Shown in pieces: positions 55,501 through 64,000 of a stretch of 64,000 nucleotides of DNA. This stretch comes from Methanobacteriota archaeon. Lineage in GTDB: Archaea; Thermoplasmatota; Poseidoniia; Poseidoniales; Thalassarchaeaceae. The position numbers were made by a program, and so were the translations under genes. The stretch is taken from assembly GCA_002722595.1 (NCBI GenBank), contig PBMO01000024.1, forward strand, positions 11,700 through 75,699. The letters are read 5' to 3'. Within the stretch, counting starts at the first letter, position 1, and each line of letters starts with the position of its first letter. Below the pieces are notes generated by a model. The model made no database searches and was not told the origin of the DNA. It saw nothing but the letters and a program-made list of their open reading frames with translations.

Positions 55501-57295
55501 GACCCATAATAGAATTCTCAGGAGTAATTTCTGCACTCCACCTGTTTGCCTCATTTAGACCATTCCCGTTTCTTGTTGCTTCGAATGAAGATGGCGCAAT
55601 GTCCAAATCAACATTTACAGTTGTGCTTGGGTTTGTGATTAGATTGTGGCGCACTTGCATTTCTAATTCAACTGGATTCGCCCAGACTCGATTGTCAAAG
55701 ACATCAATTGCTGGCATGAAGAATTCAGTATTTTCAGCCATCAATTCAACCATGATTGTTGGTTGAACATGTAAGAAAGTATGTTGAATGTTCGGTTCAC
55801 CTCCGATTTCTGGAGAAACGTCAGTCCACAGACGCAAGGTATTCCCTTCGACCAATTTACTAGATGGATCTAGAGGTAGAGTTAGTTGTGGTGGCGTGAC
55901 TGTGATAGTCACAGTGATTTCTTCACCTACTGACATGTATGGAGTTGTACTCGGATGTGCAGTTACACTCCAACCTGGTGCTAATTGTGAGAATCCACAA
56001 TCAACTGTGAAAACAGCTGGAGAGGTTCCATTATTCTTCAAAATATATTGAATATTTTCGGCTTGACCCGGAGTGACATCGACATTCCAAGAACTATGAT
56101 TCAATGTGGCCTGTAACAAGTCACCCGCATAGACAAACGCAGTCGCATCCACAGAGTAACCCTCTGTTTGACTCGTAATCTGCAAATCGATTCTATCGAT
56201 TTCCGACCTGTTAGTATCTATTGGCAATTGCACATCCACAGATACCAAGTTAGAACCAAAACCGATGATGTTTATGAGCCCAAGAGTTACATTTGTACCC
56301 CAACCTTTCATAGAAATTACACTGTAATCGTATGTATCGGCAGCGCCTAAATTTTGCACGATGAATGTTAAAACGGCAGAATTTCCTGGTTCTACAGCCC
56401 TATCACTGGGTGCGAGAATCGCTGCCCTGTAATCGGAAAATACTGTATTTATTTGCAAACTTCGCACAATACTTTCAAACGACCAATATATTGTGATATC
56501 ACACGGCCCAGAGTCTACCAATGTAGAATTGATTGGGACTTGAATGTATTGATATTGAGATGGTTGACTAATGATATTCTCTGAGAGATTCAGTGAAGAA
56601 TAAGTAAACTCTGGACCATTGCAATCAGAAAGGTTTACCGCAAAATCAACAGTTGTTTCGGTATTTCCAAGATTTATTGACCCAATTTCCAGATCCCACA
56701 CTCCTAATGGCATACGAGCATCAATATCAGGAGCCTCAATTATTACATTCGCTTCTGAATCCACTGTGAATGTATCACTATTTTGGGCATTATTAGTAGA
56801 GTCGGAATCTTGGGAAGGAGACAGACCAGTCATGACAATTTCGACTCGGATGAATCCGACTTGTCCCAAAACAGCATCCCACTGAATAACACATTGTTGT
56901 TGAGAGTTGCCTAGAACTTCGTATGTAACAGAATCACATCCAATTCGATTGGCCATAACAGGATTCACTCCTTCAGTGATGATTATGTCAATAATTGCAG
57001 TATGAGCCCCATCATTTCGAATAGTCACCAGTATTTGTTGCATGCCATCTGACAGTTGGACTTCGCCGGTACTGGTGTCTAAAAAGGAGCCAGAAATCCA
57101 CTGTAAAGGTTCCACCATAATGTCAGTAGTAGGCGTATTTTTTGCAACATCCATTTGGTTATTCTCTTGTTCACTCAATTCTTGTGGAGGCACAATTGGC
57201 GATAGGATATGTACAAGCATCAATAAAACCAAAGCGAGACTCAACTTGCCCCTATAATTTTCAGAAAATATCCACCGATTCACCATTCCAATCAC
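52514..57295 (-). CDS. Large cell-surface protein with tandem Ig-like (CARDB/NEW3, COG1470-like) domains and C-terminal TMs
   Basis: Repeated V.N.GN...W...L.PGE units; signal peptide; several C-terminal hydrophobic helices. Confidence 0.85.
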   Translation of the reverse strand: MIGMVNRWIFSENYRGKLSLALVLLMLVHILSPIVPPQELSEQENNQMDVAKNTPTTDIMVEPLQWISGSFLDTSTGEVQLSDGMQQILVTIRNDGAHTAIIDIIITEGVNPVMANRIGCDSVTYEVLGNSQQQCVIQWDAVLGQVGFIRVEIVMTGLSPSQDSDSTNNAQNSDTFTVDSEANVIIEAPDIDARMPLGVWDLEIGSINLGNTETTVDFAVNLSDCNGPEFTYSSLNLSENIISQPSQYQYIQVPINSTLVDSGPCDITIYWSFESIVRSLQINTVFSDYRAAILAPSDRAVEPGNSAVLTFIVQNLGAADTYDYSVISMKGWGTNVTLGLINIIGFGSNLVSVDVQLPIDTNRSEIDRIDLQITSQTEGYSVDATAFVYAGDLLQATLNHSSWNVDVTPGQAENIQYILKNNGTSPAVFTVDCGFSQLAPGWSVTAHPSTTPYMSVGEEITVTITVTPPQLTLPLDPSSKLVEGNTLRLWTDVSPEIGGEPNIQHTFLHVQPTIMVELMAENTEFFMPAIDVFDNRVWANPVELEMQVRHNLITNPSTTVNVDLDIAPSSFEATRNGNGLNEANRWSAEITPENSIMGLGATQMIVANLGSPDPGSDSIRVPPVAGKLEVEVTASLTIVSGLSGIESPVSRVVLTVNIPEVSKASIEVPSPTIITPEVEASVPVNIVNLGNHECNLSYILSGPLGWSVSSQPTTSISVPSNSDLFPIINSENVEQIIVSATAPPNYRADADSDVILQVIDESGNIIAQELLPFEIQELVGATLLPTDAIANVSVDQLELLPLLVTNIGNSLQQFDVGVEGFSEHIDVNVASSSSITLLPGENRTVEINILANPFARADTNHSARVTLSNDGDLVAQTMVEINVNPFHNITFGFDESVSVVPGQNFSMVFDVTNNGNLVEFIEFEFGIIGGSDEWVYGIEPENLTLEPAGTETKSITLSIRVPAAGGNDNLESGDINYGNMVATNVTDNQTVGGANVEFLTDSVFQVDWNAPNIIKLRPYESRDFTVEVVNRGNLDVQLDVICTTGDDTRWLVSDCDLQNLTLPMGEMRNIHFTVQNIADSAWNLEETKLNLKFSPLEEDLGDRDLESTLQIARIWTEGEYLAVPDKVFNTFTIDIPWTNVLEQGIVGDQMDSYVLELVGSERFINESMYVGAGDIEWEFTIDPVTWGQPEVLNLNGETYLLGPTPSSENRTLRLRIKMPAIENLPPGDGYSLDFNLIHPSTGGNNITSFNVRVISDSWADPGILSVNIEMGDEISESTSGLVSAMIKNHGNNTLPDDAVAVIECEDGIEIMGSEEQSIAGLGKGGIKSVNWNVQTGALNWWETSKDVSCNVVIKSTEMYGNQPDDDALRETFSLNSWSPPLLVLIPITLGLILLCSQLLRKSREDERSLMLSAYAGCALLGVSTHYGLGTIPNIVMSFASIIWLALITRSAASHEFPAILSDRQNLLRGGSNLVEDHEGEIIRVANQLRVKLSLAPLGFIFMVLVLPNEISWGEANIGSIFLYLMLCALSVELTIRNSTTSWNQIFEELTYFEGEARGLLVQLGNPSTELRKITIGQRWGDSHDVSVEVEGNV

Positions 57296-60200
57296 TCCAC
57301 CTTGAATTTAGTTACAAATTGTAACTTATTTGTTAGAGACATTTGAGCCTCATATTCTGAATGAGCACCCTTAGACAAAATTCTAATCCGACAATCTGAG
57401 ATGTCAACTCTTCTGAATGTCTGGTGCTCTTTGTAAAAATGGACATAGACGTAGTACGTTCCTTTTGGCGCTTTACCATTGCCCCAATAGACATTTTCAA
57501 CGGGGGTTTTGGACTCACCTTTTTGATTCATCTCGATATCCTGGACCCCTCCATCAGATGATTTTGGATTTCGTGGGTGAATAATTTCTTGACTTGGAGT
57601 TACAACAAGTATATTGAAATCATTTTTGTTATCCCAAAGTAATGAGATTTGAACATCTCCTCCCTTTGCACCACTTTCGTTTAATCTTTCATCGAATAGA
57701 TCATTTTTCCACTCATCTTGTGGTAAAGGCTGCAAACCTCCACGCTTGTAAGCCCCGTTTAGCGCCTTATGCAATCTCATTTGCTTATCTTTCTCGACCT
57801 CTTCTGGACTGAGTTCTTTCTGTAATGCCTTTCTTCGAGCTATCCGCATTCTCTGTAGAGTATCAGCATGTCGTTTGTCAATATCTTTGAAAACAATTGA
57901 TGATAACTGCGTCAATGATTTCGCATTCGAAATCTTTGATTTATAATTTTGAATCTTCTCTCTTTCCGCCTGTAACTCAGCCCGTTTCAAACCGCTCTCA
58001 ATTTGCTTTTGTCTCTTCGCTACAGCCTTGTCGATAACATTTACCACATCATCATTCAGATGAGCATATCTTACTGCAGATAATTCATCCAAAGATCGAG
58101 AATTTTCGATTACACGCATAATTTTTTCATATTCTGCTTTTTGTTTCGCCAAAGCCCGTTTCCTTGCTTTTTCTTTTAGTAATTCCACCGCTTTCTCGAT
58201 ATTTCTCTTTAGCATTACTTGATGAAGGGATGACAGATTTGGATCAATTTCCGGCATTTCACTAGGTTTCTTAGCGGCCTTCATTTGTTCCCGAAGTTGT
58301 TTGTATAGGAGGGCTTCTTCCTCCATCCTCGTTCTAAGTGTAGATGCATCCGGGACATCAATTGTTGCAATGACTTCTAATTTATCACCATAACTGGCTT
58401 GACCATTGTAGAGGTAATAATCGGCCCCCATTTTCACACGCAATATGTAATCAGTAGGATCGGATTTACGCCTCCCCCGATGTCTATTTCTGTGCCAGAT
58501 ACATGCGTAGTATTTACCAGCAGGTGGTGCTTTTCCAGCAGGCCAAACAACATTTTCCATCGCCGATTTCATTTGCGGTTTTGCATTCATTTCGAGGTCG
58601 AGTTTACCACCACAAGAAGATCGACGCTTCCCTCTATGGATAACATCTCCAGAAGGAGTTTTTATTATCAAATCGAGATCATTCATGTTGTCCCAAAGTA
58701 AACTGAATCTTAGGGCTCCATCAGCAGCCTGCAAAGTCTTTACGCGTGTTCGGAATTTCGACTCAGCTTCTATATTGAAATCAACATCAACAGGTTCCTT
58801 CTTCACTTTCTTGACAGCCTTCTCAACATATTCGATAACCCGCTCATCTTCCAATAATATCTCCAAAACCTGCGCTTGGATTTTTTCGAGTTCTTCTTGT
58901 TGTTCTTCGTTTACACCATCAATCACGACCGCCTCAACTTCAACAGATGTCTTCCCTCCCTCGATTTCCTTTCGAAGTTCCTCAAATCTTGCGGCTTGCT
59001 CACGCTCAATACGTTGTCTCTCTAATTCCTCTAGATAATCCAATCGTTCAAGACGGATATTTTCTAATTCTTGGCGTTGTTCTGCATTGACATTTTCCAA
59101 TCCAACATCAAGCAACTGCTCAATATCTTCGATACCAGATAGTAAACCTAGATAACTATTGTATTGCTCTTCGAATTTCTCCCGCTTTGCAATCTCAATC
59201 AACTCGTTTCTGCACTTCATGCGCAATTCTAACAACTCATCCCGCTGAACCTCATTAACACCTTCGATTTGTATTGCATCTAATTCAAGAACGTATTCAC
59301 AATCTAGGATTTCTACCCGCAATTCTGCATATACAAGATTTTCTCGTGCTATTGTAAACATTTCATTCAATTCTTTTTCCTGGATGGGATTGACACCATC
59401 TATGGTGATGGAATCCAACTCCTTGGAACTCTTAGCTGAGTCAATTAGTAGGCGCAACTCTTCAGCCCGAGCCTCTTCTTTCAGGTGCTTGACCCGCAAT
59501 TCAAGAACCGACATTCGCTTTTCACGCCGCTCTTCTAGTTCCGCCTTCATTTTGGTATTGACTCCAGTAAAGACCATCGCTTTGAGCTCGTCTTGATCCT
59601 CACAATCTAGTATCAAGTTTGACCATTCTTCAAATTTCTCCACCTCGCCACGTTGCCTTTCGATTTCCTTTAGACGAGAATAATAGAAATCATAGTGACT
59701 CTGCAACCTTTCTTCGGCTTCTTCACTGAGTCCACCCATGTCCAAGTTTTCAAGGTACGCAGTAGTCTGCGCCGCTTGTATCTCACGATACAGTTGTTCC
59801 TCTCTCCTAAGTATTTCGAGTTCGGACGACAATTCCCCGATATGTTTGTCAGCTTCCTGCAACTCCTGTAATTCTCTTTCGCTCATGGCTTCCATTTCTC
59901 GCCTTCGAACCCGTTGAATCTCATCTTCAAAGGACAACTGATAGAGGCGGTTGTAGATTTTCAGGAGAATCGCATGGCGATCATCAAGTTCGACCAGCGT
60001 TAAACCATCAACACTTAGAGATAACAACTCGAGTTCAGTTTCCGTGATATGCTTCTCACCCACGCCCCGAATCATTTCGATTAGTGAATTACACTCGAGA
60101 ATTTTTTCCACAGACCTTTCCCGAATTGAGTGCCTTTCCATCGCAGCACCTTTCAATCTCTCTATTTGGTCAATGACTTGCTCCTTTTCGACATCATCTT

Positions 60201-60456
60201 GACTAGTGTTTGTTTGTACATCAGTCTGGAATGGAACCATATCTTGCTCATAATCTACTCTTGGAACGATGAATGAAGATGTCCCTCCACCCCTCGGCCC
60301 CATGGTTTCCCCATCTACATCAATATCGTCCATAGCCAGAGCTCTAATGATGGACGAACCAGTTCGTTTCTTAGCACCCAGGTGAGTGGATGCTTGCCAA
60401 ACAAGAACAGCTGCGACAAGAGAAACAACAACCCAACCAATTGTTTGTTCCATCAT
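57292..60456 (-). CDS. Membrane-anchored helical-repeat protein with two YfaP/DUF2135-like domains
   Basis: N-terminal TM; LRFSLLWDNMNDLDLIIKTPSG...GGKLDLEMN...ENVVW and VQISLLWDNKNDFNILVVTPS...GGVQDIEMN...VENVYW. Confidence 0.8.
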   Translation of the reverse strand: MMEQTIGWVVVSLVAAVLVWQASTHLGAKKRTGSSIIRALAMDDIDVDGETMGPRGGGTSSFIVPRVDYEQDMVPFQTDVQTNTSQDDVEKEQVIDQIERLKGAAMERHSIRERSVEKILECNSLIEMIRGVGEKHITETELELLSLSVDGLTLVELDDRHAILLKIYNRLYQLSFEDEIQRVRRREMEAMSERELQELQEADKHIGELSSELEILRREEQLYREIQAAQTTAYLENLDMGGLSEEAEERLQSHYDFYYSRLKEIERQRGEVEKFEEWSNLILDCEDQDELKAMVFTGVNTKMKAELEERREKRMSVLELRVKHLKEEARAEELRLLIDSAKSSKELDSITIDGVNPIQEKELNEMFTIARENLVYAELRVEILDCEYVLELDAIQIEGVNEVQRDELLELRMKCRNELIEIAKREKFEEQYNSYLGLLSGIEDIEQLLDVGLENVNAEQRQELENIRLERLDYLEELERQRIEREQAARFEELRKEIEGGKTSVEVEAVVIDGVNEEQQEELEKIQAQVLEILLEDERVIEYVEKAVKKVKKEPVDVDFNIEAESKFRTRVKTLQAADGALRFSLLWDNMNDLDLIIKTPSGDVIHRGKRRSSCGGKLDLEMNAKPQMKSAMENVVWPAGKAPPAGKYYACIWHRNRHRGRRKSDPTDYILRVKMGADYYLYNGQASYGDKLEVIATIDVPDASTLRTRMEEEALLYKQLREQMKAAKKPSEMPEIDPNLSSLHQVMLKRNIEKAVELLKEKARKRALAKQKAEYEKIMRVIENSRSLDELSAVRYAHLNDDVVNVIDKAVAKRQKQIESGLKRAELQAEREKIQNYKSKISNAKSLTQLSSIVFKDIDKRHADTLQRMRIARRKALQKELSPEEVEKDKQMRLHKALNGAYKRGGLQPLPQDEWKNDLFDERLNESGAKGGDVQISLLWDNKNDFNILVVTPSQEIIHPRNPKSSDGGVQDIEMNQKGESKTPVENVYWGNGKAPKGTYYVYVHFYKEHQTFRRVDISDCRIRILSKGAHSEYEAQMSLTNKLQFVTKFKVE

Positions 60457-60905
60457 TCATCCTCCTGCTGATCAACACTTTCTTCTTCCTCAACATTGCG
60501 TTTGGGAGAACTTTGCACATGAACTGGCCTACCTTGCTTCAGGTATCTGGCAACTAAGGCATCAAGCATCCGTCTATGCACATCTTCTGAGATGCCCAAC
60601 TTCCGACGCTCATCCCACAACAATATCTGCTCAGTTTTTGAGAGAATTCCATCATCTAGGTAGACTTCAATTAGTCGACGATATGCATCCCGGTCGGATA
60701 AGGCATAAACTAACTGAGAACCATCGATTGAATCGGCACGGTGCTGAATTTGATTCCCCAAACTCACAGCTTCAGCATGAGTCATCTCTCTGCTGTCATA
60801 CCGAGATTGTATTTCATTAGCGATAGCCTGTAAACCGAGAATGGTCATTTCACGATTGATACGGCGTTGATATTTCCGGCCAACCCTCGTCATTCGCATG
60901 TTCAT
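60453..60905 (-). CDS. Hypothetical protein with TerB-like module
   Basis: AYRRLIEVYLDDGILSKTEQILLWDERRKLGISEDVH; ATGA overlaps on both sides. Confidence 0.72.
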   Translation of the reverse strand: MNMRMTRVGRKYQRRINREMTILGLQAIANEIQSRYDSREMTHAEAVSLGNQIQHRADSIDGSQLVYALSDRDAYRRLIEVYLDDGILSKTEQILLWDERRKLGISEDVHRRMLDALVARYLKQGRPVHVQSSPKRNVEEEESVDQQEDE

Positions 60906-61723
60906 GCCACCTCAAAAACACACACCAATCGAGGCGGTTCGTCATTCGTTATTTCTCCACGGTATTCGTTGGATTCATCTCCATTCTTAACCAGCACTCT
61001 ATATTCGGTGGAATCAACTTCTGCGTGCTGCTCGAAATGCTCAACAAAGACTTTGAATTCACCCTTTGGCACAGATTTTTCTGGCCAGAAGATATTTTCA
61101 ACAGGCTGCTCACTAGTGGGCGCTTCATTCATGTCAACATCTAATTGGCCCCCACATTTTGACAATTTGTTGTCAAAAGAGATACGCTCTCCCGATGGAC
61201 AAAGCACACTTAGGTCCAAGTCGTTTTGATTATCCCATATGAGGCTAACTTGAACTCCACCAGATTTGGCATTTTCTCTATCCAAACGAGCTTGAAAATC
61301 ATCATCATTTGTGCTACGTACTTCTTGACCACTAACTTCATCTAGAGCTGTAGAAGTTCTAACTCCACCTGTTTTTTGCTGCCACTCTTTCCCTATTTGC
61401 TTCAACAAATCTTCGGCATCTACATCTAACCTTTCAGTTGATATCGAATCATCCGGCGGAGCATTAACCGCCTCACCTTTCAATTCCGAAACCAGCTCTT
61501 CGGTTGCGGGACTAGGTTCAGGAGGCGGCTGATTCATTCGATTCAAGTCATCCTCCAATGCAAACCGATTCGGGCGTGGCTCCTCAACTTCCACAGCCGA
61601 AGAACGAACGCCACCAAGTCTACTTGCTTGCGCAGGGTTTTGTTCAGCAGTCAGAATCCTGTAAACTCCAAAGCCAAATAGTGTAGCAATGATGACGAAT
61701 AAAGCATATGATTCCATTGCCAT
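60902..61723 (-). CDS. Membrane-anchored YfaP/DUF2135-like protein
   Basis: N-terminal TM; VQVSLIWDNQNDLDLSVLCPSGERI...GGQLDVDMN...VENIFW. Confidence 0.8.
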   Translation of the reverse strand: MAMESYALFVIIATLFGFGVYRILTAEQNPAQASRLGGVRSSAVEVEEPRPNRFALEDDLNRMNQPPPEPSPATEELVSELKGEAVNAPPDDSISTERLDVDAEDLLKQIGKEWQQKTGGVRTSTALDEVSGQEVRSTNDDDFQARLDRENAKSGGVQVSLIWDNQNDLDLSVLCPSGERISFDNKLSKCGGQLDVDMNEAPTSEQPVENIFWPEKSVPKGEFKVFVEHFEQHAEVDSTEYRVLVKNGDESNEYRGEITNDEPPRLVCVFEVA

Positions 61724-61731
61724 AACCTCAC

Positions 61732-62709
61732 CTATACAACATCCGCCTCAAGAATAACCAGTGCCAGTGGAGTTACGCGATATTCCACGCGATTCTCAAT
61801 AAAGGTCCTCTTTACTAGGCCAAGAGCCTGCATTCTTCCAAGAACACCGCTTCGCATATGTGGCATAACTGAAGCACTCCAATCGGCCTTGGTCCCAGGT
61901 CCATACCTCCTATTGATGCGTGCAAGCAATGAGGTTGGTGTATTCGAACCAACATGTATGCCATCCAAAACGTGGCGCATGAATTTCCATTCACGCATCA
62001 TTTCAGTCCGAATTTGAGACAATACCAGAACCTGTTCATCTGCTGACAACGAAGGCCCTCTGTGATCTTCTTCATCAAGGACTGGATTGCTGAGGAGCGA
62101 GAAATTACGCCCCACTTCAGTAAATTGTACACGACCAATGTCAGAAATGCCAATCAATCCAAAATCAATCATTGCACCAGACGACTGTTCTGCATTCAAA
62201 CCACTCTTGCGAATGATATACTGATTCAGGAAGCGATTAATCGCAGCATCACTTGAGTTGGGGAAAGAGGCATGTAACCTATCACCACGTGGGCGAGCAT
62301 AATCTTCATCGATCATCCGTAAATAGTTCCGCAAAGAACCGACTCTATCCGACATTTCCTCTCTGAATTCTCTAATGGTTGGTCCGACGCCATCATCGTC
62401 AAGCAAAGACCACAGGACCCTACAACCAATTTTCAATGGCAATAGCCTGTTGATATGGCCTGACAAGGCACCACTTTGGAATGCCGAAACAGTTGCTTTT
62501 AGGGACAACCTTTCGGCAGAAAGCTGCAGCAATTTCAACTCATCCAGGGCTGGCTCACTGGTAAATGCAGCTTGGTTCGAAGACCTGTCTGCTGCTCGAC
62601 TTTCACTAAGTATGGCTCTGCAATATTCATCCACACTCATGCCGTGCCGTTCGGCATCTTCGATCAATTTAGCAACCAAAGCCGCTGGTAACGACAATGC
62701 GGCCTCCAT
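61732..62709 (-). CDS. Putative DNA-binding protein (N-terminal ribbon-helix-helix-like, C-terminal winged-helix-like)
   Basis: LSLPAALVAKLIEDAERHGMSVDEYCRAIL; LGRMQALGLVKRTFIENRVEYRVTPLA. Confidence 0.6.
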   Translation of the reverse strand: MEAALSLPAALVAKLIEDAERHGMSVDEYCRAILSESRAADRSSNQAAFTSEPALDELKLLQLSAERLSLKATVSAFQSGALSGHINRLLPLKIGCRVLWSLLDDDGVGPTIREFREEMSDRVGSLRNYLRMIDEDYARPRGDRLHASFPNSSDAAINRFLNQYIIRKSGLNAEQSSGAMIDFGLIGISDIGRVQFTEVGRNFSLLSNPVLDEEDHRGPSLSADEQVLVLSQIRTEMMREWKFMRHVLDGIHVGSNTPTSLLARINRRYGPGTKADWSASVMPHMRSGVLGRMQALGLVKRTFIENRVEYRVTPLALVILEADVV

Positions 62710-63005
62710 AGGAGGCTCCCTATTGAGCCGACTTATATTTATTCGTCTTTATTAGCGATTTTATCAATTAATTAGATTTAATTACAAATCAAAATTATGA
62801 ACAACCGTCCAAACGCCGATCCCACCACCGAAACAAGCTGTAAACGAACATTTTCTGGCATTTATTGTGGTGAAAAGAGTCCTGGGTGAAAGAAAAAAAC
62901 ACTCAAAGAGGGAAATATCAAATATATTGTAATAAATAGTAATTAATACAAAAATATAGATATATTCACTAATTTAGGTAGCCTTGGACCAGATATATTG
63001 ACGAC
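62710..63005. promoter_or_regulatory. AT-rich divergent intergenic region
   Basis: Two visibly AT-rich blocks (~62730-62800 and ~62910-62975) with repeated TAATTA/AATTAA words. Confidence 0.5.
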
Positions 63006-63695
63006 ATGAACGCCGCACGATTCCTCATGGACGAGGAACTCAGGCGGGTGCGCCAGAAATTGCTTGCCCTTTCCGAAAGAGCCCAACAAGAGGGCCACCC
63101 ACTCCGTTGGTTTGAGGAACTCTATACGGAGGCCAATCGAGACTCTGGTGAGATACCCTGGGCTGCCATGACCCCAAATATCGCAATGGTCGAGTGGTTA
63201 GCAAACAGGCCAGACATCACAGGCAAAGCATTGGTTGTAGGGTGTGGTTTGGGCGACGATGCTGAATGGCTTTCTGCCGTTGGTTTTGAAACCACAGCTT
63301 TCGATATATCTCCAAGTTGCATACAGTGGTGCAAGGATCGCTTTCCCAACACAAATGTCGAATACCGTGTTGAGAATCTCTTGGATCCACCCAGTGAGTG
63401 GAATGATATGTACGATTTAGTCGTTGAAATCCATATCCTTCAGGCCATACCAGATTCAATTCGAGACAGTGCAGCTAATCAATTACCTGGATTATTATCT
63501 TCAAATGGGCATTTATTGTGTATTGGGCGTCTCTCAACAAGCAATATCCCTGATGAACCACCTCCCCCTTGGCCACTAACTCGAACTTGGTTACAGAGCC
63601 GGTTTAATTCATTGACAAATATTGTATTCCGCAATTTTGTCAAGGAGGAAACACCCTCTATCGACAGATACATTGCAGTATGGACTAGAAATTAA
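63006..63695 (+). CDS. Class I SAM-dependent methyltransferase (TPMT-like)
   Basis: WFEELY...IPW, ALVVGCGLGDDAE, TAFDISP, DLVVEIHILQAIP, PPWPL. Confidence 0.88.
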   Translation: MNAARFLMDEELRRVRQKLLALSERAQQEGHPLRWFEELYTEANRDSGEIPWAAMTPNIAMVEWLANRPDITGKALVVGCGLGDDAEWLSAVGFETTAFDISPSCIQWCKDRFPNTNVEYRVENLLDPPSEWNDMYDLVVEIHILQAIPDSIRDSAANQLPGLLSSNGHLLCIGRLSTSNIPDEPPPPWPLTRTWLQSRFNSLTNIVFRNFVKEETPSIDRYIAVWTRN

Positions 63696-64000
63696 ATCCA
63701 TTTTCCTAGATCAGCCACATTTCTAATAACACCAAAACCTAGGGAATCCTCTAATGCTCTTCTCACAATACCAAAGTCAGAATCACGAGAAGCAACGAGA
63801 ATACAACCAATATCACTTGTGTTAGTTTCTGCAAGCATGGCTGCAAAACACATAATGTCACAATCGCCCTTTTCAGGGTATATCGTTTGCCCATCAATGG
63901 AAGTCCGTTTTTCTTTACTTCTCGCATTGTGCATGGTTTTATCACTAGTAACTTTGTTGTACAACTGTGAATTTTCTAGTAGGAACGCTTTAACCTCACC
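63692..64000 (-). CDS. Probable PIN-domain protein, C-terminal part (5' end outside window)
   Basis: Frame open to window edge; GDCDIMCFAA...ILVASRDSDF acidic motifs typical of PIN C-termini. Confidence 0.55.
   Translation of the reverse strand, partial: GEVKAFLLENSQLYNKVTSDKTMHNARSKEKRTSIDGQTIYPEKGDCDIMCFAAMLAETNTSDIGCILVASRDSDFGIVRRALEDSLGFGVIRNVADLGKWI

Noticed and set aside
62710..63005. Replication origin
   Set aside because: No ORB-like repeats with G-strings and no cdc6/orc1 gene adjacent in the window.

Overview
Archaeal chromosomal window. Gene content (archaeal-type DnaG, archaellum cluster without che genes, bacterial-type purH/purN, class II NrdJ, many acidic TSP3-repeat surface proteins) suggests Marine Group II Euryarchaeota (Ca. 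Poseidoniales); this is an inference, not a database result. The left half holds housekeeping genes (purH partial, purN, mobA, dnaG, eno, aminotransferase, tRNA-Cys, nrdJ, icd) and several uncharacterised membrane, TPR and coiled-coil proteins. The best candidate for an undescribed system is a compact minus-strand operon at 18724-21347: Zn-finger/unknown protein, ubiquitin-like protein ending in GG-Q, ThiF/E1 enzyme and JAB/JAMM protease, with no recognisable E2 or sulfur-pathway gene. The right half (30098-62709) is a ~32 kb run of tightly packed minus-strand genes: a predicted RHH/wHTH regulator, YfaP/DUF2135-like and TerB-like proteins, an Ig-repeat surface protein, the archaellum genes, MscS and three giant single-pass surface proteins with different cytoplasmic tails (acidic, EF-hand, SAP). 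Also noted: a candidate structured RNA upstream of dnaG and a claudin-like membrane protein downstream of it. No CRISPR array, rRNA or transposase was seen. All domain calls come from reading motifs by eye.
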